From Paracoccaceae bacterium (lineage in GTDB: Bacteria; Pseudomonadota; Alphaproteobacteria; Rhodobacterales; Rhodobacteraceae), in NCBI GenBank assembly GCA_045106335.1, contig JBGCEM010000054.1:32214-96213 (forward strand): a DNA stretch of 64,000 nt. The letters are read 5' to 3'. The position numbers and the translations under genes were made by a program. The notes beneath the pieces were generated by a model. The model was not told where the DNA came from and did not search any database. It saw only the letters and a list, made by a program, of their open reading frames with translations. Shown here piece by piece: positions 1 to 10,700 of the stretch. Position 1 is the stretch's first letter. Each line of letters begins with the position of its first letter.

Positions 1-1210
1 AATTCAGGATCTAGCCAGTGGCGTCGACGAAGCGGTACGCCAAAATGTGCTGAACGAAGTTCAAGCGGCCCAGATCGAAACAGATTTCACAGATCTGCGC
101 GACACATTGGCCGGGATCGGTGTTGCCTTGGGCTCGGATGTGACCCCGGCTGTTTTAAGTGGCGCGCGCGATTTCCGAGATCGCATGGCGCAGTGGGGCT
201 TTTGGCGCGCGATCGTCGTGCTGCTTGTGGCCTTTGCCGGCTTTACCCTAGCCTTGATGCGCACGCAGAAAGACTTTCGCGCCCGCAATCGGGTGGAACG
301 CGCCATCTTGATGGTGCTGATTGGGGCGGCCAGCATCGCGATTTTCACAACGATCGGCATCGTTTTGTCTATGTTGTTCGAAACCATGCGCTTTTTTGAA
401 AGCTATGAACCGGCGGCATTTTTCTTTGGCACGGAATGGGCTGCGAATTTCCGGGGGGATTCTGCGCTTGGGTTCTTACCGCTGCTCTGGGGCACGCTTT
501 ATATTTCAATCGTGGCCTTGATGGTGGCGGTCCCTATTGGCTTATTTGCCGCGATTTATCTGTCGGAATATGCCTCAAACACGCTGCGCAGCTTTGCCAA
601 ACCGATGCTTGAGGTGCTGGCTGGCATTCCCACCATCGTCTACGGGCTGTTTGCGCTGACCACCTTTGGGCCGCTTCTTTTGGGATTGTTTGGCAAAGGC
701 GGGGTGCTTGGGGTTGAATGGATGGCGGATGGGCGTTCGGTGATCACTGCCGGGATTGTGATGGGGATTATGTTGATCCCCTTTGTCAGCTCGCTGTCAG
801 ATGACATTATCAACGCCGTACCGCAAGCGATGCGCGATGGGTCCTATGGGTTGGGCGCAACACAATCCGAAACCGTTAAACAGGTGATCCTGCCTGCCGC
901 CTTGCCGGGGATTGTCGGCGCGATCCTTCTGGCCGCCTCGCGCGCGATTGGCGAGACGATGATTGTGGTCATGGGGGCAGGGGCCACGGCGGCGATTTTT
1001 TACGAAAACCCAGATCGCTACCTGAACCCGTTTGAGATCATGACCACCATCACAACGCGGATCGTGGCGCAATTAACCGGGGATGGTGCGTTCAACTCGC
1101 CCGAGACACTTGTGGCCTTCGCGCTGGGTCTGACGCTGTTTTGCCTGACGCTGTTGCTGAACGTCTATGCGCTTTACATCGTGCGCAAATATCAGGAGCA
1201 ATATGTATGA
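1..1210 (+). CDS. pstC: phosphate ABC transporter permease PstC (5' end probably outside the window)
   Basis: Reading frame 2 is open from nt 2 to the stop at 1208-1210. The track ORF starts on GTG at 47 with no upstream stop. It is a multi-TM permease followed by pstA-pstB-phoU-phoB. Confidence 0.85.
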   Translation, partial: IQDLASGVDEAVRQNVLNEVQAAQIETDFTDLRDTLAGIGVALGSDVTPAVLSGARDFRDRMAQWGFWRAIVVLLVAFAGFTLALMRTQKDFRARNRVERAILMVLIGAASIAIFTTIGIVLSMLFETMRFFESYEPAAFFFGTEWAANFRGDSALGFLPLLWGTLYISIVALMVAVPIGLFAAIYLSEYASNTLRSFAKPMLEVLAGIPTIVYGLFALTTFGPLLLGLFGKGGVLGVEWMADGRSVITAGIVMGIMLIPFVSSLSDDIINAVPQAMRDGSYGLGATQSETVKQVILPAALPGIVGAILLAASRAIGETMIVVMGAGATAAIFYENPDRYLNPFEIMTTITTRIVAQLTGDGAFNSPETLVAFALGLTLFCLTLLLNVYALYIVRKYQEQYV

Positions 1211-2538
1211 CCCCTGCGCCTGTGAAAACCTCTTTGCTGACCGCCAGCCCGCGCGTGGAAAAGCGCCACAAGGCGGAAAAACGTTTTAAAGCCTATGGGT
1301 TAACTGCGATTGGTATTGGGCTGGCGATGCTGGTCTATTTGGTGGTGACAGTTGTGTCTTCGGGCTATAACGGATTTTTGCAGACCCGTGTGACGCTGGA
1401 TGTGCCCTTAGTTGAGGCCGAAATTGCCAAGGCGGAAAAGGGGTTGCTGAAGACCAAAGCCTATGGGCGCATTATCGGCGCGGCGTTGACTGCGAAGCTA
1501 GAGGCCGAGGGGCTTGAGACGAAGATGCGCGCCAAAGAGCTGTTGGGCATTATGTCCAAACGCGCCCCTGCCGAGCTAAGATCCTATGTGCGCGAGAACC
1601 CAGATGCGATTGGCACCACAGTCCGGTTCGACTTTCTGGCGCAGTCTTACGTGGATGGCTATTTGAAGGGTCGTGTGACGCGTGAAACCGCAGAGCGGTC
1701 CAAAAATATTTCGGTCGCGCAGATTGAACTGGTCGATCAAATGCAGGCAGCTGGCTTTCTGAACAAGGGCTTCAACGTCGCCTTTATCACTGGAAATGAC
1801 GCGTCTGAATCCAGCCCCGAAGCCGCAGGGTTTGGCCCGGCGATCTTGGGATCGCTTGCGATGATGATTGTGGTCGCAATTGGCGCGATCAGCATTGGGG
1901 TGGCGGCGTCGATCTTCCTAGAGGAATTCGCACCCAAGAACCGCCTGACAGATCTGATTGAGGTCAATATCTCAAACTTGGCGGCGGTCCCGTCCATTGT
2001 CTTCGGCATCTTGGGCCTTGCGGTGTTTATCAATTATTTGGGCCCGATTTCGGGAACGGACTGGTTAAAGAACAACTCGGCCTTTGTGGGTGGTGTGGTG
2101 CTGACGCTGATGACCCTGCCGACGATCATCATTTCGACCAGGGCCTCTTTGCGCGCCGTGCCGCAATCTATTCGGGATGCGGCCCTAGGAGTTGGCGCAT
2201 CCAAGATGCAGACGGTGTTCCACCATGTTTTACCGCTGGCCGCCCCCGGCATTCTGACCGGATCCATCATCGGACTTGCCCAGGCCTTGGGCGAAAGCGC
2301 GCCGTTGTTGCTGGTGGGTTTGGTGCTGGCGCAAGGTGCGTCGCTGCCGGAAAATATTGGCGACTTCTTCGGCGGCCCCAATACTGCGATGCCCGCCCAG
2401 ATCTATCAATGGTCCACCCGTGCGGATCCTGCGTTTTATGAACGCGCTTGGGGTGGGATCATCATTTTGTTGGTGTTTTTGGTCACCATGAACACGCTGG
2501 CGGTCCTATTGCGCCGCCGCTTTGAACGCCGCTGGTAG
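1207..2538 (+). CDS. pstA: phosphate ABC transporter permease PstA
   Basis: ATG at 1207 overlaps the pstC stop (ATGA). The product starts MTPAPVKT and has an N-terminal TM, a periplasmic loop and a C-terminal permease core. It sits in a pst operon context. Confidence 0.88.
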   Translation: MTPAPVKTSLLTASPRVEKRHKAEKRFKAYGLTAIGIGLAMLVYLVVTVVSSGYNGFLQTRVTLDVPLVEAEIAKAEKGLLKTKAYGRIIGAALTAKLEAEGLETKMRAKELLGIMSKRAPAELRSYVRENPDAIGTTVRFDFLAQSYVDGYLKGRVTRETAERSKNISVAQIELVDQMQAAGFLNKGFNVAFITGNDASESSPEAAGFGPAILGSLAMMIVVAIGAISIGVAASIFLEEFAPKNRLTDLIEVNISNLAAVPSIVFGILGLAVFINYLGPISGTDWLKNNSAFVGGVVLTLMTLPTIIISTRASLRAVPQSIRDAALGVGASKMQTVFHHVLPLAAPGILTGSIIGLAQALGESAPLLLVGLVLAQGASLPENIGDFFGGPNTAMPAQIYQWSTRADPAFYERAWGGIIILLVFLVTMNTLAVLLRRRFERRW

Positions 2539-2552
2539 AAAGTTTACCCCCG

Positions 2553-3326
2553 ATGAGCGATACCCAAACCCCACCCAAAATAACCGCCCGCAATGTCCAA
2601 GTGCATTACGGCGACAACCACGCGATCAAAGACGTGGATGTGGACATTGCCGATAAGACAGTGACGGCGTTTATTGGACCTTCAGGCTGCGGTAAGTCGA
2701 CATTCTTGCGCTGTTTGAACCGGATGAATGACACGATTGATATCTGCCGTGTGACCGGTGACATCCTGATCGACGGCGAAAATATCTATGATCCGCGCAT
2801 TGATCCCGTACAGCTGCGCGCCAAGGTGGGGATGGTGTTTCAAAAGCCCAATCCGTTTCCCAAGTCGATCTATGACAATGTCGCCTATGGGCCGAAAATT
2901 CACGGGCTTGCAGCGAATAAGGCAGATCTGGACGGGATCGTCGAACGTGCGTTGCGCCGGGCCGCGATTTGGGACGAGGTCAAAGACCGCCTGGACGCGC
3001 CGGGCACGGGCTTGTCTGGCGGCCAGCAGCAACGGCTGTGCATCGCGCGGGCCATTGCGACCGAACCCGAAGTGCTGTTGATGGACGAGCCCTGTTCGGC
3101 TTTGGATCCCATCGCCACGGCCCAGGTCGAAGAACTTATTGATGAGTTGCGCCAGAACTATTCCGTGGTCATCGTCACCCATTCGATGCAGCAAGCCGCC
3201 CGCGTCAGCCAAAATACCGCGTTTTTCCATTTGGGGAACTTGGTCGAGTTCGGCGAAACAGGGCATATTTTCACCAATCCAAGCGATCCGCGCACGGAAA
3301 GTTACATCACCGGTCGGATCGGGTAA
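2553..3326 (+). CDS. pstB: phosphate ABC transporter ATP-binding protein PstB
   Basis: Walker [13 protein letters not shown] signature LSGGQQQRL and Walker B LLMDEP are present. The length of 257 aa is typical of PstB. Confidence 0.95.
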   Translation: MSDTQTPPKITARNVQVHYGDNHAIKDVDVDIADKTVTAFIGPSGCGKSTFLRCLNRMNDTIDICRVTGDILIDGENIYDPRIDPVQLRAKVGMVFQKPNPFPKSIYDNVAYGPKIHGLAANKADLDGIVERALRRAAIWDEVKDRLDAPGTGLSGGQQQRLCIARAIATEPEVLLMDEPCSALDPIATAQVEELIDELRQNYSVVIVTHSMQQAARVSQNTAFFHLGNLVEFGETGHIFTNPSDPRTESYITGRIG

Positions 3327-3335
3327 GGTAGGGTC

Positions 3336-4046
3336 ATGAACGAACATCACATTGCATCCGCATTTGATCGCGACCTTGAAGCGATTCAGGCGCAAATCAT
3401 GAAAATGGGCGGGCTGGTTGAGGCCGCGATTTCCGATGCGGCGCGTTCTTTGGAAACCCGCGACGAAGAGCTGGCCGAACGTGTGCGCAAGGGTGACAAA
3501 GCCATCGACCGCCTTGAAGATCTGATCAACGAAGAGGCCGCCCGGGTGATTGCATTGCGTGCGCCTACGGCGATTGATCTTCGTTTGGTTCTTAGCGTTA
3601 TTAAGATTAACGGCAACTTGGAACGCATTGGTGATTATGCGAAAAACATGGCCAAGCGTACTGTCGTTCTGTCGTCCATGGAAACCGTTGACGGCAGTAC
3701 CGCGTCTGTGCGTCGGATGGCGCGCACCGCTGAGATTATGTTGAAAGACGCGCTGGATTCCTATGTGCACCGCGACGCAGATCTGGCCTTGGACGTGATC
3801 GCCCGCGATGAGGGTTTGGATCAGATGTATAACGCGCTGTTTCGTGAATTCCTGACCTTTATGATGGAAGATCAAAGCCAGATCACGCCCTGTATGCACC
3901 TGCATTTCATTGCCAAGAATATTGAACGGATGGGGGATCATGTGACCTCAATTGCGGAACAGGTGGTATATCTTGTCACCGGCCAAACCCCAGATGAGGC
4001 GCGCATCAAGGCCGATGTGACCTCGACAGCGGTGATCCAGGAGTAA
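3336..4046 (+). CDS. phoU: phosphate signalling complex protein PhoU
   Basis: 236-aa protein with two PhoU repeats (ERIGDYAKN and ERMGDHVTS). It lies immediately after pstB. Confidence 0.93.
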   Translation: MNEHHIASAFDRDLEAIQAQIMKMGGLVEAAISDAARSLETRDEELAERVRKGDKAIDRLEDLINEEAARVIALRAPTAIDLRLVLSVIKINGNLERIGDYAKNMAKRTVVLSSMETVDGSTASVRRMARTAEIMLKDALDSYVHRDADLALDVIARDEGLDQMYNALFREFLTFMMEDQSQITPCMHLHFIAKNIERMGDHVTSIAEQVVYLVTGQTPDEARIKADVTSTAVIQE

Positions 4047-4051
4047 CTTCA

Positions 4052-4741
4052 ATGGCCGCACAGGCGCCCCGTGTGTTGCTGGTTGAAGACGAACCTGCCC
4101 AGCGCGAAATCCTGGCCTATAATCTGGAATCTGAGGGATTTAACGTCACGTCCGCAGAAAACGGCGAAGAGGCGTTGTTGCTTATCGCTGAGGACGCGCC
4201 TGACATTATTGTACTTGACTGGATGATGCCGGTTCTCAGTGGGATTGAGGTTTGTCGCCGTCTCAAACTGCGCCCCGAAACCCGATCAATCCCGGTCATC
4301 ATGCTTTCTGCGCGCTCTGAAGAAGTGGACCGGGTGCGGGGATTGGAAACCGGGGCAGATGATTATGTGGTCAAACCCTATTCCGTGAAGGAGTTGATGG
4401 CGCGGGTACGGGCGCAATTGCGTCGTGTGCGGCCCTCAACTGTGGGACAAATTCTTGAGTATCAAGACATTACTTTGAACAGCGAAACCCACAAGGTCAG
4501 CCGCTCTGGGCAGGTTGTGCTTCTGGGACCGACCGAGTTTCGCCTGCTCAGTACATTTATTGAAAAGCCTGGACGGGTTTGGAGCCGCGAGCAATTGCTA
4601 GACCGGGTCTGGGGGCGCGACATCGATGTGGATAGCCGCACGGTCGATGTCCATGTGGGGCGGTTGCGCAAAGCTTTGACACAGTTTGGCGGCGATGATC
4701 CGCTGCGTACCGTACGTGGGGCAGGGTACGCGCTGGGATAA
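4052..4741 (+). CDS. phoB: phosphate regulon response regulator PhoB (OmpR family)
   Basis: Receiver domain (LLVEDE, DWMMP) plus a winged-helix output domain (RTVDVHVGRLRKAL). Its position after phoU supports the PhoB call. Confidence 0.9.
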   Translation: MAAQAPRVLLVEDEPAQREILAYNLESEGFNVTSAENGEEALLLIAEDAPDIIVLDWMMPVLSGIEVCRRLKLRPETRSIPVIMLSARSEEVDRVRGLETGADDYVVKPYSVKELMARVRAQLRRVRPSTVGQILEYQDITLNSETHKVSRSGQVVLLGPTEFRLLSTFIEKPGRVWSREQLLDRVWGRDIDVDSRTVDVHVGRLRKALTQFGGDDPLRTVRGAGYALG

Positions 4742-4744
4742 ACC

Positions 4745-4784
4745 GAAATCGCGGCAGTTAGATCTACCGCGATTTCAGTCTTTT
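4745..4784. terminator. bidirectional intrinsic terminator between convergent phoB and the giant adhesin gene
   Basis: Perfect 10-bp stem: GAAATCGCGG at 4745-4754 pairs with CCGCGATTTC at 4767-4776, with a 12-nt loop. A T-rich run (AGTCTTTT) follows on the plus strand. Confidence 0.7.
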
Positions 4785-4790
4785 CATCCT

Positions 4791-7700
4791 CTAGCCAAGC
4801 AGGGTGTTGTCTTCGACAAAGGTGATGTCATCAAAGCTGGACGCCCCAATCACAGTGAGCGTGTCAAAATCGCCACCATCCAAATACAGATAGGTCGTAC
4901 CTGCCGCTGAGAAGTTGTAGAAGACGCTTTGGCCACTCAGGTCAATCGCATCGATGCCGATCTCATAATCGGTGATGGTCATAGTTTGACGCCCTGCGCC
5001 GCCTTCAAAGACGAACACATCCGCGCCGCCGCCACCTGTGGCCTGATCAAATGCACCGCCGCCCGAGCGGATCTCATCCTGACCGTCGGTTCCAGTCAAA
5101 ATCTCATAGCCAAGGTCACTGCCTTGTTCGACATTGATGACAGGTGTGATGACTTCAACCACATCCGTCACATCCACAAAGACGAACTCTTCGCTGGTTT
5201 CGGTGCCATCGGACACTTGGACTTGGATTTCGTACCGGTTGTCACCGCCTACATCCAAAGGTGTTTCGAAGTCAGCAGCCGCTTTGAACGAAATCGCACC
5301 GCTATCCGCATCAATGGCAAACAGCGCTTCATCATCCCCGCCAATAAGGCTGTATGTCAGCGCGTCATCATCCACATCCGTGGCACTGACACTGCCCACA
5401 GCGGTGGTATTTTCTGCGATCGAGAAGTCCGGAATATCCCCGAACAACGGCGCATCATTGACCCCATTCACAGTGATCGAAACAGACGCTGTGTCTGTCA
5501 GATCTCCGTCCGATACCACATAGGTAAAGCTGACATCGCGGCTTTGACCTGCGGCCAAATTTTGGAACGCCGTCATGGGATCAAAGAGGAACGCCCCGTC
5601 CTGTGCGATACTAAGTTGCCCGCCTTCTGGCAGAGCCATTGCAGCTGTTAGCGACAGCAACGCCCCATTGCTGTCACGGGCTTCGATCACTGTCAGGGTA
5701 TCGCCATCCACATCGCTATCCGCAGATAGGTTGCCTGCTCCACTGATCAGATTGCCTGTGACGGCGCTATCTTCGTCCGTGCTGGTGGTGTCATCCACAG
5801 CGTCTGGGGCATCGTTCACTGCCGCGATATCAAAGGTAAGCGTGGCTGTTGCAGTTCCACCTTTGCCGTCGCTGACCTGATAAGTCAGGCTGTCAGATCC
5901 GTTGAAATCATCATCCGGTGTGTAGGACAAATCGCCATCTGTCGAAATCTGCGCCTGGCCCGAATTGGGATCACTGACCAACGTGAAGGTCAGATCATCG
6001 CCATCCAAGTCAAAGGCATTGATCGCCAGGGACAGGGACACAGGGGTGTCTTCGGTCCCGCCAGTCGTTGCATCTGACAAGGTCGGCGCGTCGTTCATGC
6101 CCTCGACTGTTAGATTGACTGTAGCCGTATCGCTGAATTCCCCATCTGAGATTTGATAGGTGAAACTGTCCGTCCCGCTGAAATTTGTTTCGGGCGTATA
6201 CGTGTATATGCCGTCAAGCAACGCCAGTGTCCCATTGGTCGGCTCTGTAAGGATGCTTGTCAGCAAAGTATCGCCATTTGGATCAGAGTCATTTTCCAGG
6301 AAGTTCAACGTTGTTGCAGTGTCCTCGTTGACCATGAAATCGTCATCGACGGCGATAGGCGCGCTATTTTCGGCCGGCACAAAGGTGCCGTTTATCGTCA
6401 GGATCACATCTGCTGATGCAAAGCCGCCATTGCCGTCACCCATCTGGTAGCCAAAAGAGACAGTTTCGATATCGCCATCTGGCAAGCTGTCAAAATCGGT
6501 GCCGGGATCGAACTGGAAGTTGCCATCCGCGTCAAAGCTTAGCGATCCTCCGTCCGGCAGGTCCACAGGACTGTCGGCAGGTGTAAAGACCGCGTCACCA
6601 ATCAGGATGTTGACTAAATTCAGATTGTCATCGTCCGGATCGCTGTCCTCATCCTGACCATTGTCGTCAAACAGGTTGCCACTGATCAGATCGCCCGCAT
6701 CTGCAGTGAACGCGTCGTCTTGGGCTTCAGGGGCGAAATCATCAGTTTCGATGATCGTTTCGCCGCGTGATCCGCCGATCAACACACCATCATTGTTGTC
6801 GCCAACCAGCGTAACTTGCAGCCCTTCATCGCCTTCGGTGGTGACATCGCCTTTGACCAATATCGTGATCACCGCCTCGCTTTGACCGTCTTCAAAACCG
6901 ACCGTGCCGGTCAAGGGCGTATCGGTGGCCAAATCATCGGCATCAATATCGCCACCGATCTGATAATCGACCTCAAGTGCGCCATTGGTTTCACTGCGGT
7001 AAACCGTAAAGCTAACCTCTTGCACATCGTCATCGCCTTCGATGATGCTTTGCGCGTCGGCACTGATGCTGACAGTGGGCGGTGTGTCGGGGTTTTCGGT
7101 GGTTTGGCTGGCCTCTTCAGGTTCTGCGGCCAATTGTGTGGCGCCCACGACGAAGTCTTCGTTCCCCGTTAAAGCAAAGTCCAGAACGGCGGCTTCGAAG
7201 ATGGTTTTATTATCCTCGGGCGACAGACCAGCCTCGCGCGCGGCGTCTTCGGCGGCTTGGCGCACATCGTCAGGCAGATCTTCCAGCTTCAGCGGCGCGG
7301 CGGGGAAGTTGGCCGGGAAGTCAGGTGTGTCACCAGAGAACAAGGCCTCTGCGGTGTCAATCTGCCAGCTGCCTTTATAGCCTTCGCCTTCATATTCGCC
7401 AAAACCATAGATAAAGTTGAACGTAAGGGCCGGGACGCCGTCATCATCAAAGGAAATCGCGTCCTCGGGGATATCCGAGCCATCGCGCATCTGGAAGTCG
7501 TCCGTCAGATCCTGGTTGGCATTGCCCATCAGACCGCGCACAGCGCCCGCGTTGCCGCCACCCGCACTGTCGGCCAGGAACACGCAGACATTGAGGGATC
7601 CGTCCATGACACCGACCATCAAGACCTCACCGGCCTCGTTCAGGGTCAGGAAGATTTTGCCGTCTTCATCAATGAAGATGTCTGCGCCATTGTCAGGATC

Positions 7701-10700
7701 ATCGTCCAAATCCACGCCTGTTTGCGCAGCCTGTTCCATGTCAATTGCAACACCGTCCACCAAAAGCGGAGCATCGGGGTCCAGTGCGTCGAATTCGACT
7801 GTTTTGCCTTTGACCTCAACGGCTGCGCGGGTGGTGACAGACACCAGATCCGAGCCTGGGAAGGCCTCGAAGCGAACCTGAACCGAGAATGGATTTTCGG
7901 CCCCGTCGGTGGTTTCGACCAACACATATTCGCCAACCGCTTGGAAATCATAGCCCAAACCATCCAGCGTGGTAATGTGCGGGTCGCCAAACACGTCGGC
8001 CTCGACCCGGATAAAGCGATCTGGAATGCCATCGCCATCATCATCAATGCCCAGTTCGGGAATTGGTGGGCGACCATCATCGTTGCGAATAGTGACGGTG
8101 GTAATCGTGTTGATCAGGTCATAATCTACGTCCTGATTGGACGACAATGCTGCGATGTTCAGCCCGAAGACTTCGTTGGCTTCAATCATTGTGTCGCCGG
8201 TGACCAGAACCGTGACCGTTTTCGAGGACTGCCCAGGCGTGAAGGTCAGGATGTTGCCGATATCCGGTAGGTTGCCAACAATATCAAAGCTGGATGCGCC
8301 ACGCCCGGTCGCAACATCGGAAAATAGATCATAATTTACAGTCAGAGTGTCGGTCAAAGGCCCATCGCGCACGATCGTGAAATTGACCGCTTGATTGCCG
8401 CCATTGCCTTCCGTGATCGAGGTGCCCCATTGGCGACCGTTGACGAACACTTCGACCTTCGGCGGCGTGTCGTCATTGTTGACGATGCCGTAGCCGACGT
8501 CGCGAATGATATCGACCGTGGCGCCGGGTTGACCAGACAGAAGCTGTTCGTTGGACAAGGTCAGGCGTCCGCGCTCGTTGTTTTCAATGTCTGTGTCTTC
8601 GGCAATCTGGAACGAAATCAACTTCTGCGTTTCACCAACACCGAACGTCACAGTGCCCGATTGTGGCAATCCGCCCTCGAAATCTGCGCCATCCAAGGGC
8701 GTAAAGCTGTCGCCTTCGAAGTCATAATCCACAGACACGGACGAGCTGGAATCACCGGTGCGTGTGATCAAGAACGACAGTTCTGTTCCGTCCGCAGCCG
8801 TGTCCCCTTCGGTCGTTGAATTCCAATAGCTGACAGATAGCTGAGCGGGGAAGTCGTCATTGACGATTGTGGCAAAGGCGCTGCCTGCACTGATTTGCGC
8901 TGGGATGCCCGAGTTGCTTGAGCTGGGCGAAGACAAGGTCGCGTAGGTATATTCCGAACGTTCGATGTCTTCATCGCCCTGGACCGGCAGATCAATCCGC
9001 ACAGTGGTGATGCCGGCCGCAAAGTTCAACGTACCCGAAGTTGGGAACGCACCAGAGGCAAAATCATCGGCATCTACAAGCCCGCCCGAAATATCATAGT
9101 CAACGCTGGCCGCCGCAGACACATCGCCGCTGCGGCTGACGATAAAGGACAAGGTGTTGGCCGTCCCTGTATCGCCCTCGACGGTCGAAATACCGCGAAC
9201 TGCAAACACGGTGGGCTGGTCATCGTCGATAATCGTGCCAAAAGCGCGTGTGTTTAGGAACGTCACATCCGCTGCAGGATCTGAAGAAGACGCGTCTGTC
9301 AAATCCAAAGTTAGGTATTCAGTCCCCTCAACCAAGTTATCCCCAGCCACGTTGACAGACACAGTCTTAGTGGTTTCACCGGCGGCAAAACTGACAGTGC
9401 CCAGGATCGGTAAGGGCGGTTCATTCAGATCGCCATCATCAGCACCCCGGAACGCGTAGGGGGCGATGGCATAGTCTACATCTGTGTCGACGGCGGTATT
9501 GCCAGAGCGCGTAATGACAAAATCAAGCGTCACACTTTGGCCAGGGTCCAATTCTGTGACAACGGCTGAATTGACCGAGACCCGAACGGGGAAGTCATTG
9601 TCAATAATGGTTCCAGAGGCAAGCGAGCTGTTATTCAACAGAGCGCCTGCGTCGTAACCTGGGGCTTGCGGATTGGACAACTCAAAATCGACCAGCTCAT
9701 TGCCTTCAACCACGGCATCATCGCGGATTTGCAATGTCACAGTCTTAGCAACTTCGCCCGCTGCAAAGGTCAATGTTCCGGCACTAGGGAACCCACCGTC
9801 GAAATCGTTGCTTTCAGCACTGAACTGCGCGCCAAAGCGGTAATCAGACAGCTCAAAATCAACACTGGCCTCGACATCCAACTCGCCGGAACGGGTGACA
9901 GTGAAGGTCAGCGGTGTCAGCGCGCCATTGGCCCCTTCGGTCGCAAAGCTATTCAGGACTTGGAACGTAACGGGAAGATCGTCATTGACGATTGTGCCTG
10001 TGACTTGTGTGGTAATCAAGCTGGTTTGAGCGCCACCCTCCGCCGTCGCATTGGAAAACAAAACCTCAACGAATTCATTGGGTTCGACGACTGTATCGCC
10101 TTGCACGGGAATGATGATGGTTTGCAACGTTTCACCGGCAGCAAAGGACACAGTGCCGGTCAAATTGAACGATCCCACGATGTCTGCATTATCTGCCGCT
10201 TGCGAAGACACAGCAGGGCGTACCACGTAGTCAACGTTGGCAGCGACATCCAAATTCCCGCTGCGGAAGACGTTGACGATCATGTCGGTCGTGCCGCTGT
10301 CGCCTTCAAATACAGTCGGGAATTGCGCCGTTATCGTGACCGCTTGGTCGTCATTAAGGATCGTGCCTGTGGCATTGCCTGTGACGATTGTTGTGTTTTC
10401 GCCGCCGTCAGCCGAAGCATTGCTAAGGTTCAACTGCATGAATTCGCGGCTTTCGACCTCAAAATCACCCGACACAACGGCAGATACGGTTTTTGAGGTC
10501 TCGCCCGCCTCAAAGACCAATGTACCTGTTTGCGGAAAGCCCGAAACAAAATCATTGCTGTCCACTGCGGCTGTCGTGCCGGGGAAGGGATCCAATGAAT
10601 AGTCAACAGTGGCGCGCACATCCGTGACCGATGCGCGGGTCACTGTGAAGGTGATCGTGGTTTGATCGCCCGCGTCGCCTTCGGTAACTTGCGCATCGAA

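Noticed and set aside
2682-3941. 419-aa ORF on the minus strand spanning pstB and phoU
   Set aside because: It is entirely antisense to two strongly supported genes. Its composition is Arg/Gly/His-rich and it has no recognisable motifs. This is typical of shadow ORFs in GC-biased coding DNA.
7257-10496. Long plus-strand ORFs (7257..8270, 337 aa; 9666..10496, 276 aa; and many smaller ones) inside the giant adhesin gene
   Set aside because: They are antisense to a continuous 8.9-kb ORF with clear domain content. Their translations are low-complexity with no motifs and are artefacts of the repetitive Asp/Gly/Thr/Val codon usage on the opposite strand.
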